A stretch of DNA of 64,000 nt, taken from the NCBI RefSeq assembly GCF_009914755.1, contig NC_060944.1; one strand, written 5' to 3'. The notes below the pieces were generated by a model. The model ran no database searches. It was not told where the DNA came from and saw only the letters and a program-made list of their open reading frames with translations. How positions within the stretch are numbered: position 1 is the stretch's first letter; the number at the start of each line of letters is the position of its first letter. Source of the stretch: the human T2T-CHM13v2.0 reference genome, Homo sapiens. Positions 53,291 through 64,000 of this stretch are shown one piece after another. The translations under genes were made by a program, and so were the position numbers.

Positions 53291-53873
53291 CAGAGGTAAC
53301 AAACTCAAATGCCAACTGGGGCCAGCTAGGTATCTTAGTCATTTGACACAGACACATTTTGTATATTAAACACATAGGAATATTTTCCCCTTCAATAAAA
53401 GATATGCTCCCTAACACTTGTTTTTTTTTTAAACCTATGTCCTCTTCTTCTACCTTTTGTTTTCAAACTTTTTATGAAGACATAGATAAAGAATGATATC
53501 ACTTTCCTCTTAATTCTATGAAGAAAATAAATGTAAGTAAAATATTAAAGAATGACGTTGGTCCTCCCTGTTCTAGATACTGTAAGGCATGGTGGGGATT
53601 TATGGCAAACTGGAGAGCTCCTGTCCTGAATGAAAGGGAAACTTTAATACCAGCTAGAGCTATGAATTGTATGCAGGAAATCAAGTTCCCAAAAAATCTC
53701 CTTTCTGACAGAAACCAGAAATCCAGATTTTTATGCAAACGTATCTGATTTTTAAATGTTGGCAAACAATTCAAAACTTCATTTTTTTAATGCCATGCAG
53801 GCCTACGCTCTGTAGTTTAAACAAACAAGTATGGGCCACATTCTGCCCTTGGGACATGAATTTTCAACCCCTT
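53291..53873 (+). mobile_element. MER102/Charlie4-like hAT element
   Basis: cagaggtaacaaactcaaatgcc...tggcaaactggagagc...ccagaaatccagatttttatg. Confidence 0.7.
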
Positions 53874-53890
53874 ATGGGTACAGTACTGCC

Positions 53891-54090
53891 CAGGGTGGCC
53901 CCTGGCCTAGTTCTGGCATATTTGTGCAAATAAGATAAAAGTGTTCCTTCCCCCACAGATATTTTACTGCCATTCATCAGAAAAATTGTCCTAACAAATA
54001 TATTATACAAATCCAAGACACTCATTGTAAGCATGGTGCCCTCTGGAGTTGGACAGTGTGAAACCTATACACCTGTACACAGCAGCCCTG
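53891..54090 (+). mobile_element. MER91-like hAT-Tip100 MITE
   Basis: TIRs cagggtggc / gcagccctg; ggtgccctctggagttggacagtg; strand uncertain. Confidence 0.6.
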
Positions 54091-55006
54091 TTTTCATCCT
54101 CTTTGAGCTTTTCGGGATAAGCCCCTAAAATCCCACCTACCATCTAATTTTTTATTCTCTAATTATGTTTCTGCTAATATTTGACATTATATTTATGCCT
54201 GAAAGACAAATTGGAGACTGAATTACATTATCCTATCAGGGCAAGTCCAGTAACTGAGATTAAAGAAGATTCAAGTGGGCTTTTTGGCACAAATCTTAGC
54301 CCCTGTCTTCACTTTGCGACACGTGACTCTGTGAGCCACATCTGCCTGCGACAGAATAATCTATGCCAAGTCTTCTGAATCCTTTCACTTTCTAGAAATA
54401 GATGGATGTTATTGTTTACAGACGGAATTTCCATTGTATAAAACCACCTTATCCCAGCTATCAATTATTGTCATTATCTGTAACTAGGCAAGTTCCTTAC
54501 AATGTTTGCTGAAACTATCTCAGATCAGTAATTAACTCCCCAGCCACCAGCTCTTGCCTTTCACATTTTAATGAGGAGCGTGACCATGAAGCCATTAGAA
54601 TGTGAAAAATGAAAGTTATCACCAGTTATCCTTCTTTGATACAACAGACTCATTTCCTCTCCTCTGCTGATAGAGGATCAACAAATACTTTTTCCATTTT
54701 TTTTTTAAGTAGGAAGCCTTTAGAGGCCAACCTACTTAGTGTAAAAAGACTACCAGCCACCCCCTGAGGCAGAAAGCACATTGCAGAGATTCAGTTGTTT
54801 TTTTCCCTCTGGCAAAATGCCTTGTTAATTAAGAAGCACACCTGCATAATTTAAACACATCGAAGCCGGAGTCTAGCCAAGTGTGCAGCTGACTGTCTCC
54901 CCTAATTGCCCACGCTCACCAGCACCCACCCTCATTAATAATGAAAAGCTGTCCTCTCTCAGGGGTGCTCACCAACAATTCCCAAAGAGTCAGAGAAGTG
55001 ACTGGG

Positions 55007-55020
55007 CCAGAAGGTGGCAC
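55007..55020 (+). promoter_or_regulatory. CTCF core motif
   Basis: CCAGAAGGTGGCAC matches CCASYAGRKGGCRS at 13/14, preceded by GG. Confidence 0.5.
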
Positions 55021-55817
55021 CAAATCCTGTCTCATTTTGATGTCAGCCAAATGAGAAAGCTCATCTCCTTACGGAAAGGAGATTTTGCAGACAGGAAGGA
55101 AGTCTGGAGTGGAGGGTTTGCACGCTGGTTAGACATTAAATGACTTTCCAGACAAATCTGGTTTTCCTTCATGCAGAGGAAACTCTATTAGGAATGTTTC
55201 TACATTTAAGAGGAATCCCAGAGCTCAAAAGAAAACTTGGTCAAATATTTGGGGCTGCTCTCAGTAAAACGAATTGATGCCCCTCCAAGGAACGTTTCAT
55301 AAGCTGGAGTTTACCCTTCCAGTCTGGTCGGCACAGCTCAGAAGCAATGGGAAATGGCAATTAGCACAAGGCAAATAGTGGCGGATGAGACCAAGCCACC
55401 AAATGGCCCTTCGAATGCCGTATTCCAATGTGACAGGACAGAATGAGGCAATGGAGTGAGCACCAGACAAGGAGCCAGAGACTTGGGTTCGAGAAGTGGC
55501 TCTCCCGTAGGTCATTCCAGAACCTCAAATCATTTCCTGCACAGAAGTTTGCAGTGGAGCAGCCCTGATACGCGACAGGTGAGGGATGACGTTGGCGTGA
55601 ACGTGGTGAAAAGGAAACGCTTTTACACTGCTGTTGGGAATGTAAATTGCTACAAACACTATGGAAAACCGTATGGCGATTCCTTATTCGATTCAGCAAT
55701 CCCACTACTGGGTATCTACCCAGAAGAAAAGAAGTCCAATATGAAAAAGACACAGGCACATGCATGTTTATAGCACAATTCACAATTGCAAAGATATGGA
55801 ACCAACCTAAATGCTCA

Positions 55818-56326
<509 letters not shown>

Positions 56327-56754
56327 AAAGAAAATGTGGTATGTATACACCATGGAATACTACTCAGCCATAAAACGGAATGGAATAATGGCCTCTGCAG
56401 CAACTTGGATGGTGCTGGAGGCCATTATTCTAAGTTAAGTAACTCAAGAGTGAAAAAATAAATATACACATTCTCACTTATAAGTGGGAGCTAAGCTATG
56501 AGGATGCAAAAACATAGTGATATAGTGAACTCTGGGGACTCGGGGGGAAGGGTGAGAGAGGGGTGAGAGATAAAAGACTACATACTGGGTACAGTGTGCA
56601 CTGCTTCAGAGACGGGTACTCCAAAATCCCAGAAGTCACCACTAAAGAAATTATCCATGTAACCAAAAACCACCTGTACCCCCAAAAACTATTGAAATTA
56701 AATTTGTTTAAAAGATGTAGCAATATATGTTGGGAAAGAAAAAAAAAGGACAGT

Positions 56755-56935
56755 GTCAGGGGTCTCCAATGCCTGGGATCAAATCCTATCTCTGATGCAT
56801 TTGAGGCAGGTGACTTTGGGCACGTTACCTCATCTTTCTGTACCTCAGTCACCTCTTCAGCATCCTCTTGGGGTGGTTGTGAATATTAAATGAGATTATG
56901 CCCATAGTGCTGTCAATAAATGGTAATGGTTATTC
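56755..56935 (+). mobile_element. MIR
   Basis: gtgactttgggcacgttacctcatctttctgtacctcagt. Confidence 0.75.
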
Positions 56936-57104
56936 TTAAGAATGAGCTAAAGGAAAACTCATTGGAAATAAACTTACTGGGGACAGACCTTTATCAGTGG
57001 CTGGAGGCCCTGTATCAGGACAAGGGCTAAGTTGGAATTGTTGTCATGACCCTATTAGACCCACATGTTGGAGAGGTCTAGGAAAAATCCGGTCAGTTTA
57101 CCTA

Positions 57105-57590
<486 letters not shown>

Positions 57591-59986
57591 ATAAGAATGG
57601 AGATTTTGTTATTATAGCATCTAGTATGGGGTCTGGCACATAGAGAAAAAAATAATGAATTGGCTTGGATTGAATCGATGTTTGTAGTAACCTTTTTTGC
57701 CACAGAGTAGGAGAGAAGATGATATGTCACAGTGGTGAGCTCCTTCCAGAACCTTCCATGGGAAAACAGAAGCCTTCCAACAGGGGCAAGAAATGCCCAG
57801 GAGCCCAGTGCCCAGGATCTGAGTCCAGATGCCTCAGGAGCCCAGCTCCCCCGCTTCTCTGACCCTTACAAAGCAGGAGAGGGGAAGACCAGAGCCCTGC
57901 ATGGGTTGAGGGGGCACTGGAAGTGTGAGAGCTTGTGCCAGCTGCTAATTTGGAACAAAGGCCAAAGACTGGCTCCCCAGAGCTCCCTACACCAACATGG
58001 GCTGGCTTCCACTGGGAAAAATGGAGGTAACCCACATTCGGGCAGAGACGAAACTAAGCGTGCCCCCCAAATTATCCTCTGCTTTCACGTGATTTAAAAG
58101 AGATCCAGACATTTCTGTTTTCCCTCAGCAAGACACACACAAGCATCTGAGAGGTGGGGGCCCTGGAGTCCACCATCACATTGTCAATGTGAAGGCCAAG
58201 GTTAACTTGTAACAGAGGTTACAAGTTATGACATATGACAAGTGGATGAACGAGGCATGAATTACACAGGGAAAGCTGAGAACGTTGAAAAAAGGCAGAG
58301 CCAGCAGGAGGACGGGAAGGGACCACTGTGCCCTGGGAACCCATGTCACCCTCGACATTTCAACAATGGCTGCTCAAAGACAGAGACCAGCAAGATGGCT
58401 CCATCTCAGCCAGAGGTCACGGAAGCCTGTATAGGAGGACAATGCGTGAGCCAGGGACCCCCAGCCCAGGTGGATCCAGGAACTTCCTTGGAAGCCATCT
58501 TGAGAAGAAAGGCAGAAGGGAGACCACTTAGAGGACAGCAACAGCCCTAATAAATGGGCTGGGACTTTAAGGTGACTAGACAATCACTCTAAAAGATATT
58601 GTTTATCCCGAGTGACCTTCAAAGACATGGTTCAGTTTGATGTGCCATTGGAAATGGAAGCTCTTGGCAAGAGTTGTTCAGTTATTAAAAAGTAGAATTA
58701 TACTTGTACGTATCTGACAAAGTTTATAAATCTTGCACCTTCTCTTTTGATATTTTTCAAAAATACGTCATAAATTGTAAAAATATCTAATAACTTTCAT
58801 CAATATCAAAACATGCAAGCCTACGGTATTTTTTTTTTTTCACAGACTGTTGGCATCTACAGACCACAGTCAGGGAATCGCTGCTTTGGTCTGCTCTTAC
58901 AGTCTTGGTCTGAGACCTAGTGACCCTGGCTTAATATCTTGCTCAACCTTACCACTTTTCTCTCCTTTCTCTTCTCTCTTCTTCAACAGCCGTTCACTTT
59001 GCAAACCCTCTGCGGCCTGCTGTCCTTACTCTCCTGTAGGGCCATGAACTCCCCAGGATGTGCCTTCCTGTCTTCATGTCTCCTGGCCTGATGGGCCTCC
59101 TGCCTGTGTCTTGCCAACATGGAGGTCAGGCACAGAGACTCCAGCCTATCAACTCAGGTGCTTCTCTGGTAGTAGCAACTTGGGGTCCTTGACATTTTGT
59201 TTTGTCCTAAAGAGAACAAAATGCTCCCTACTTCTTCCACTGTGTCTTGATCCCTGTCAATTTACTGGGACACACACCCCTCCCCAAGGACAGAGGAAAA
59301 AATATTGTGATGTCCAAATACTCAGAGAGTGACATACGAAGATGTCAGAATGAGACTTTCACTCTCAGTTTTGGTGGCGGCCCTAAAAGACCAGTGACAG
59401 ACACCACGTATCAAATATAGCAGCTCTGTACAATGAATAAACAAAGCCCTTTGCCCAATTCCTACTTCAGGCATGAAAAGCCCAAGAGAAACAGCTATAC
59501 CTTTAGAAAATGGTTCTGGGGTTCGGGTGCATTTTCTAACACTGCCTCAGAGAAGCCTCCAAGAGAAACAATAAGGGAACTAGTCAGATTGCTGTCCAAA
59601 GTTCTCTGGAGTTTGTGGGTCCTGAAACGGGTAGGGCCCAAGATGAGAGCTGTGTCTGCCTGGATATCAGGGCAAGGAGCTAGGGCAGCAGAGGGAGCTG
59701 CACTCCTACTGCCTTGGGTGGCAACAATGTCTATTTCCCAAGAGCCATGGGGTCCCCACAGAGGACGTGGCACCATCTTGAAGGATCCCTGTTCAACAGT
59801 GTGGCTTGCAGGGCAAAGAGACACAGCAGGAGTGGGAACTGAAACATGGGGGTCACCAGCACAAGTCTGAGTGCAACCCTCATATCAGGGGACTGTGCAG
59901 CATCCTAGAGCATCCAAAGACCCTCAAATGTAACCCCAAAGAAACACTTTCAAATATAAGCAAATTCCAGAGACCAAGAATTCATT

Positions 59987-60398
59987 AGTATTAGTTTCCT
60001 ATTGCTTCTGCAACAAGTTACCACACACTCCTTGGCTTAACACGCAAAATTTATTATCTTTTACAAAATGAGATGAGATCAAGGTACCAGCAGGGCTGAG
60101 CGTCCTTCTGGAGGCTCCAGTGGGAAGTCCATTTCCTTGCCTTTTCCAGCTTCTAGATACGCTGTCTTCAAAGCCAACACGCAGCATCCCTCTGCCCTGT
60201 TTCCATCATCACATCTCTTTCTCTCTTCTGCCTCCTTTTTCTACTTTTAAGGACCACTGTGATTTGGTTGAGCCCACCTATATATTCCAGGCTAATCTCT
60301 CAATTTTAATTCCATCTCCATCCTGTATTGCCTTTGCCGTGTGGTCCAAAGGATTAGATCAAGGACATATTTGGGGGTCGTTATGCATCCACTCATAC
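59987..60398 (-). mobile_element. MLT1C/D-type LTR
   Basis: gtattagtttcctattgct...ccttctggaggctcc...ttccttgccttttccagcttctaga. Confidence 0.85.
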
Positions 60399-60819
60399 CC
60401 TCAAGATATCTTCAGTACTCATGCACATCTCTTGCTCCTCTTGGCTCTGAAGGCCCTTCCTGAAACTAAAACCCAGCCCTCTTAAAATCGAGTTCTTTCT
60501 GTTACCATCTGACCTTTGCAGTTGTTCTCTCCAGTGCTTTTCTTTTCTGCTACCAGTGTTCTTTCTTCGAAAATTGGCCTCCAACTCACAGATCTAATTT
60601 TTTTTTTAGGTACCACCTCACCTGCTCACATAGGACCTCCAGGTTTGCCTGCAAAACCAACCACCTTCAACCGTAACTATGTCTAGGCGTCCTTGAAGGA
60701 CTCTGAGAAAATATTTCTATGTTCTTTTACAGCCTCCAACTTAAAAAAAGCCACTGTCCTTTGTGGAGGGTCTCCTCACTGCCATGGTGGCTGGTGTCCT
60801 CCAAGAAAAGCCAATTATC

Positions 60820-61115
<296 letters not shown>

Positions 61116-61983
61116 AAACCCATTATCTTTTACAGTGGGATGATCAACCCTGCTGATTCTTCATGGATCACAGCAGCAGCCCTACAAGTACAAGAGGGAA
61201 GAACACCTGCCCCAACTCAGCACTGCCCCTGGCCATCTGAATTCCAAAGCAGCACTGCAAGAGCCCTGCAACACACGAAATCTTGGAGAAACAGCTCACC
61301 AAGCCCCTGGCTGTGCCCTTCAGCATCTAAGCTGTAAATTATTGCAAGAGGCAGGGCCAGGTAGGACGCTGATCTCAAGCTGTCCTCCTATTGTAGCCTC
61401 CCTCTTTTTTCTTTTTTCTCAGGGGAGGCTCTAGATCACTCTTCTCTTCTCCTGAAGCCGAAGAGAAAAAGCCAGCTCAAAAAGAAATCCTTCATGCATA
61501 TCAACTGTTTCATGCTTGGACCCATACAAAAGGGTCCCTGCTGTCTTCCCCACAGTCTCTGCTTGTCACATAAATAAATAATAAGTAAATAAATAAATCA
61601 CCATCATCACCGGGTGGCTGAGCGAGTTATGTTGCCCAGGCTCTGCTGCTCAGCACCACATACTGCGAATAGTCACCCTAAACACTCACTCTGTGGCTAA
61701 CACTGCTCAGGCCCCTGGGAAATGCTTCTCCTCATCACTTGCCTTGGTCCTTGGTTACAAAGGCAACTGTGTCCAAACACCACGAAGGGTTGGGGGTTGT
61801 ATAGCCTCACAGGTGGAATATAGACAGGATTTGAGTGACAGAAATGTTTAGGTAAGAGAAAAGAGAAGTTAATGAACGTGTACAATCCTCATTTTTTAAT
61901 AAGGAGACATCAAAGGGTCATTATATGTCAAGCATTCATTTTCTTGCATCTGTCTTTCAATTTGTGGTTCCAGATAAACTCAT

Positions 61984-62634
61984 TGTGTTATTCAGAGTTC
62001 TCTAGAGAAACAGAACCAATAGAATGTGGATAGAGTTAGAGATAGAGATAGAGATAGAGATAGAGATAGAGATAGAGATAGAGATAGAGATAGAGATAGA
62101 GATAGAAATGGAAATAGAGATAGATAGATAGAGATGGAAATAGAGATAAGATAGAGATAGACATAGAGATAGAGATGGAGAGATATCTAGAAAGAGATTT
62201 ATTATAAGGTATTGGCTCCCACGAGTACGGAGGCTGAAAAGTCCCATCATCTGCTGTTTGCAAGCTGGAGATACAGGAAAGCTAGTGGCGTAGTTCTAAG
62301 ACCTGAGGGCTGAAAACCCATGGTGTAGATTCCAGTCCAGATCTGAAGGCCTCAGGGCCAGCAGTGCCGAGGGCAGCAGGAGAATGGTGTTCCAGCTCAA
62401 GCAGCCAGGCAGAGGAGTTCAACCTTCCTGCCCCTTTCTGTTCTTTTCAGGCCCTCAAGAACTTGGATGGTGCCCACCCACATGAGGCAGGGTCATGTGC
62501 TCTACTCAGTCCACCTCTTCGAATGCTAATCTCTTCCAGAAACACCCTCACAGACACACCCAGAAATCATGTTTAACCAGCTATCTGTGCACCTCACGAT
62601 CCAATGAATTTGACGCGTGAAACTAACCATCACA
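61984..62634 (-). mobile_element. MLT2 (ERVL) solo LTR
   Basis: gttctctagagaaacagaaccaatag...aaacaccctcacagacacacccagaaa...aaccatcaca; perfect 5-bp TSD ctcat 61979-61983 / 62635-62639. Confidence 0.92.
62041..62186. repeat. (GATAGA)11 microsatellite with degenerate extension, inside MLT2
   Basis: Perfect 62041-62106, degenerate to ~62186. Confidence 0.95.
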
Positions 62635-63062
62635 CTCATCAATTAGCATGGTAACCATAAGTGCAATGATGGTGGCTGAAAAATAGTTGGCAACCTGGGC
62701 TATCTCACAGGATTCAAACTAGCCTGTGTGCCCATACATGTGTGTGTCCAGACAAAACTTGAGTGAAACAGTATTCCTCTCCTTAACACTGGTAACAGAT
62801 GGACACTGAACCCAAGAACTAGAAATAAATATACATGTAAATACTTAAGGTTATATAAAAATATTTAATTAAAATATCATTAAATTCTCAAATTGAAAAT
62901 GTCAACTTTAAATAATTTTGTTTAAAATTATATTCATTCATTCTCATTTTGATGTTGATTTTACTTTAAATAGACACTTTTTGCTTTTTCAATTTATCAT
63001 TTTGTGAAAATGTATTCAACTTTTGTACACTTCATTTTACAAATACTTTTAAACCTTCTTTC

Positions 63063-63247
63063 CATGGCTTCTCAAAATGTGGTGCGTGGCCAGTCTGTAT
63101 TCTTTGTTACCAGCAGGGTGTGGAAGATGACTCAGAAATTGAGAGTGGGCATCTATCATATGTATTCTATGTCATCATCCACTGGAAACCACTTAGAGAT
63201 AAGTCTCTTCCACTGCGGGCCTGTGGCCACATGTTGAATAGCCCTGC
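63063..63247 (+). mobile_element. Possible MER5-like hAT MITE
   Basis: Ends catggcttctcaaaatgtggt / ccacatgttgaatagccctg resemble MER5 termini. Confidence 0.4.
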
Positions 63248-64000
63248 ATATCATTACTGTCAGTGAAACATAAATTATGTGAAAATCTTGATTTCAACAA
63301 CATAATTACTAGTTTGACTGAAAATAATGCAACAATAAATTTTGTAGCATAAATATGAATTCTAATTTAGGAATTTCATCTATCTTTTCCTTATTATTCA
63401 ATCCCAAATATTGCCCATCCACATTGGGCAGGAATTCCTGGTTCTCTTTCTGTGCCTTTGTTGTACCCAGGCCAAGGAGAGAGTCAAGAGCCGAGTCCAC
63501 CCCACACTTACCTTTCCTCACTTCAGAGCCACCCTAGCACTCTCCATGGCAATTAAAAAAAAAAAAAAATCCCATTGCAAAACAGTATCATCCCTGTGTC
63601 CCTGGTTCAGATACATGGCACAATCTCTGTTTCTGAAAAAGGCAGAACAATTCTCTATTACAGACTTTGGGCTCTGAATCACAGGTAAAAAACCTGGATG
63701 TAAAAACAAAACACAGAGTGGTTGCCATGCATTTGGAGCTATATCGATGACCCAATACAGCTGAACCCCACATTCTCCTGCTGTCCTCACACACTAGTTA
63801 TCTGCGGTCCAGGGCTGCCACATGTCAGAACAGAAAGAAGCTGGATCCTGTCTTGTTCCCAGCAAGACAGATGTGAGGAGCATGCAGTGAAGAGGGCAGG
63901 GAATGAGGAACTATGGCCAAAGCACGCTCAAATGGCACTAGGACTTCATATCTACTTTTGTTTATTTAATAAACTTTCCCATTCTGGAAACAAGAATCCA

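Noticed and set aside
60590-60615. Splice-acceptor-like ctaat-(t)n-ag
   Set aside because: No supporting donor or exon chain; such sites are common by chance

Overview
This is primate, very probably human, non-coding genomic DNA (intergenic or deep intronic). I found no credible protein-coding exon, tRNA, rRNA, CpG island or CRISPR array; the supplied ORFs are explained by Alu, LTR, L1 or microsatellite sequence, or by chance. Much of the window is interspersed repeat: about 15 Alus (J, S, Y, plus an AluYa5-type monomer), many MIR and L2 fragments, old L1M/L1PA/L1PB fragments, MaLR LTRs (THE1, MSTA, MLT1), ERV1/ERVL solo LTRs (LTR8, MER57, LTR37-like, MER73/74-like, MLT2) and hAT elements (MER58A x4, MER20 x2, MER1A, MER102/Charlie-like, MER53/Arthur-like, MER91). 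Family names come from my recollection of consensus sequences, not from a RepeatMasker run, and boundaries of old repeats are approximate. Between the repeats are several unique, motif-dense blocks that resemble developmental enhancers, plus CTCF-like motifs. The most unusual structures are: (1) a 93-nt near-perfect palindrome at 50932-51024, fused to a 144-bp, 94%-identical copy of DNA from 955 bp upstream and containing a 17-mer matching a nearby MSTA; (2) an Alu with a 5' inversion that fits twin priming (57291-57590); (3) a trimeric Alu formed by a Ya5-type arm inside an AluSp; (4) a 44-nt palindrome replacing the right end of a MER1A; (5) an ancient inverted duplication of an L2/MLT1 junction; (6) a recent 55-bp tandem duplication. 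I do not see evidence for a new multi-gene system.
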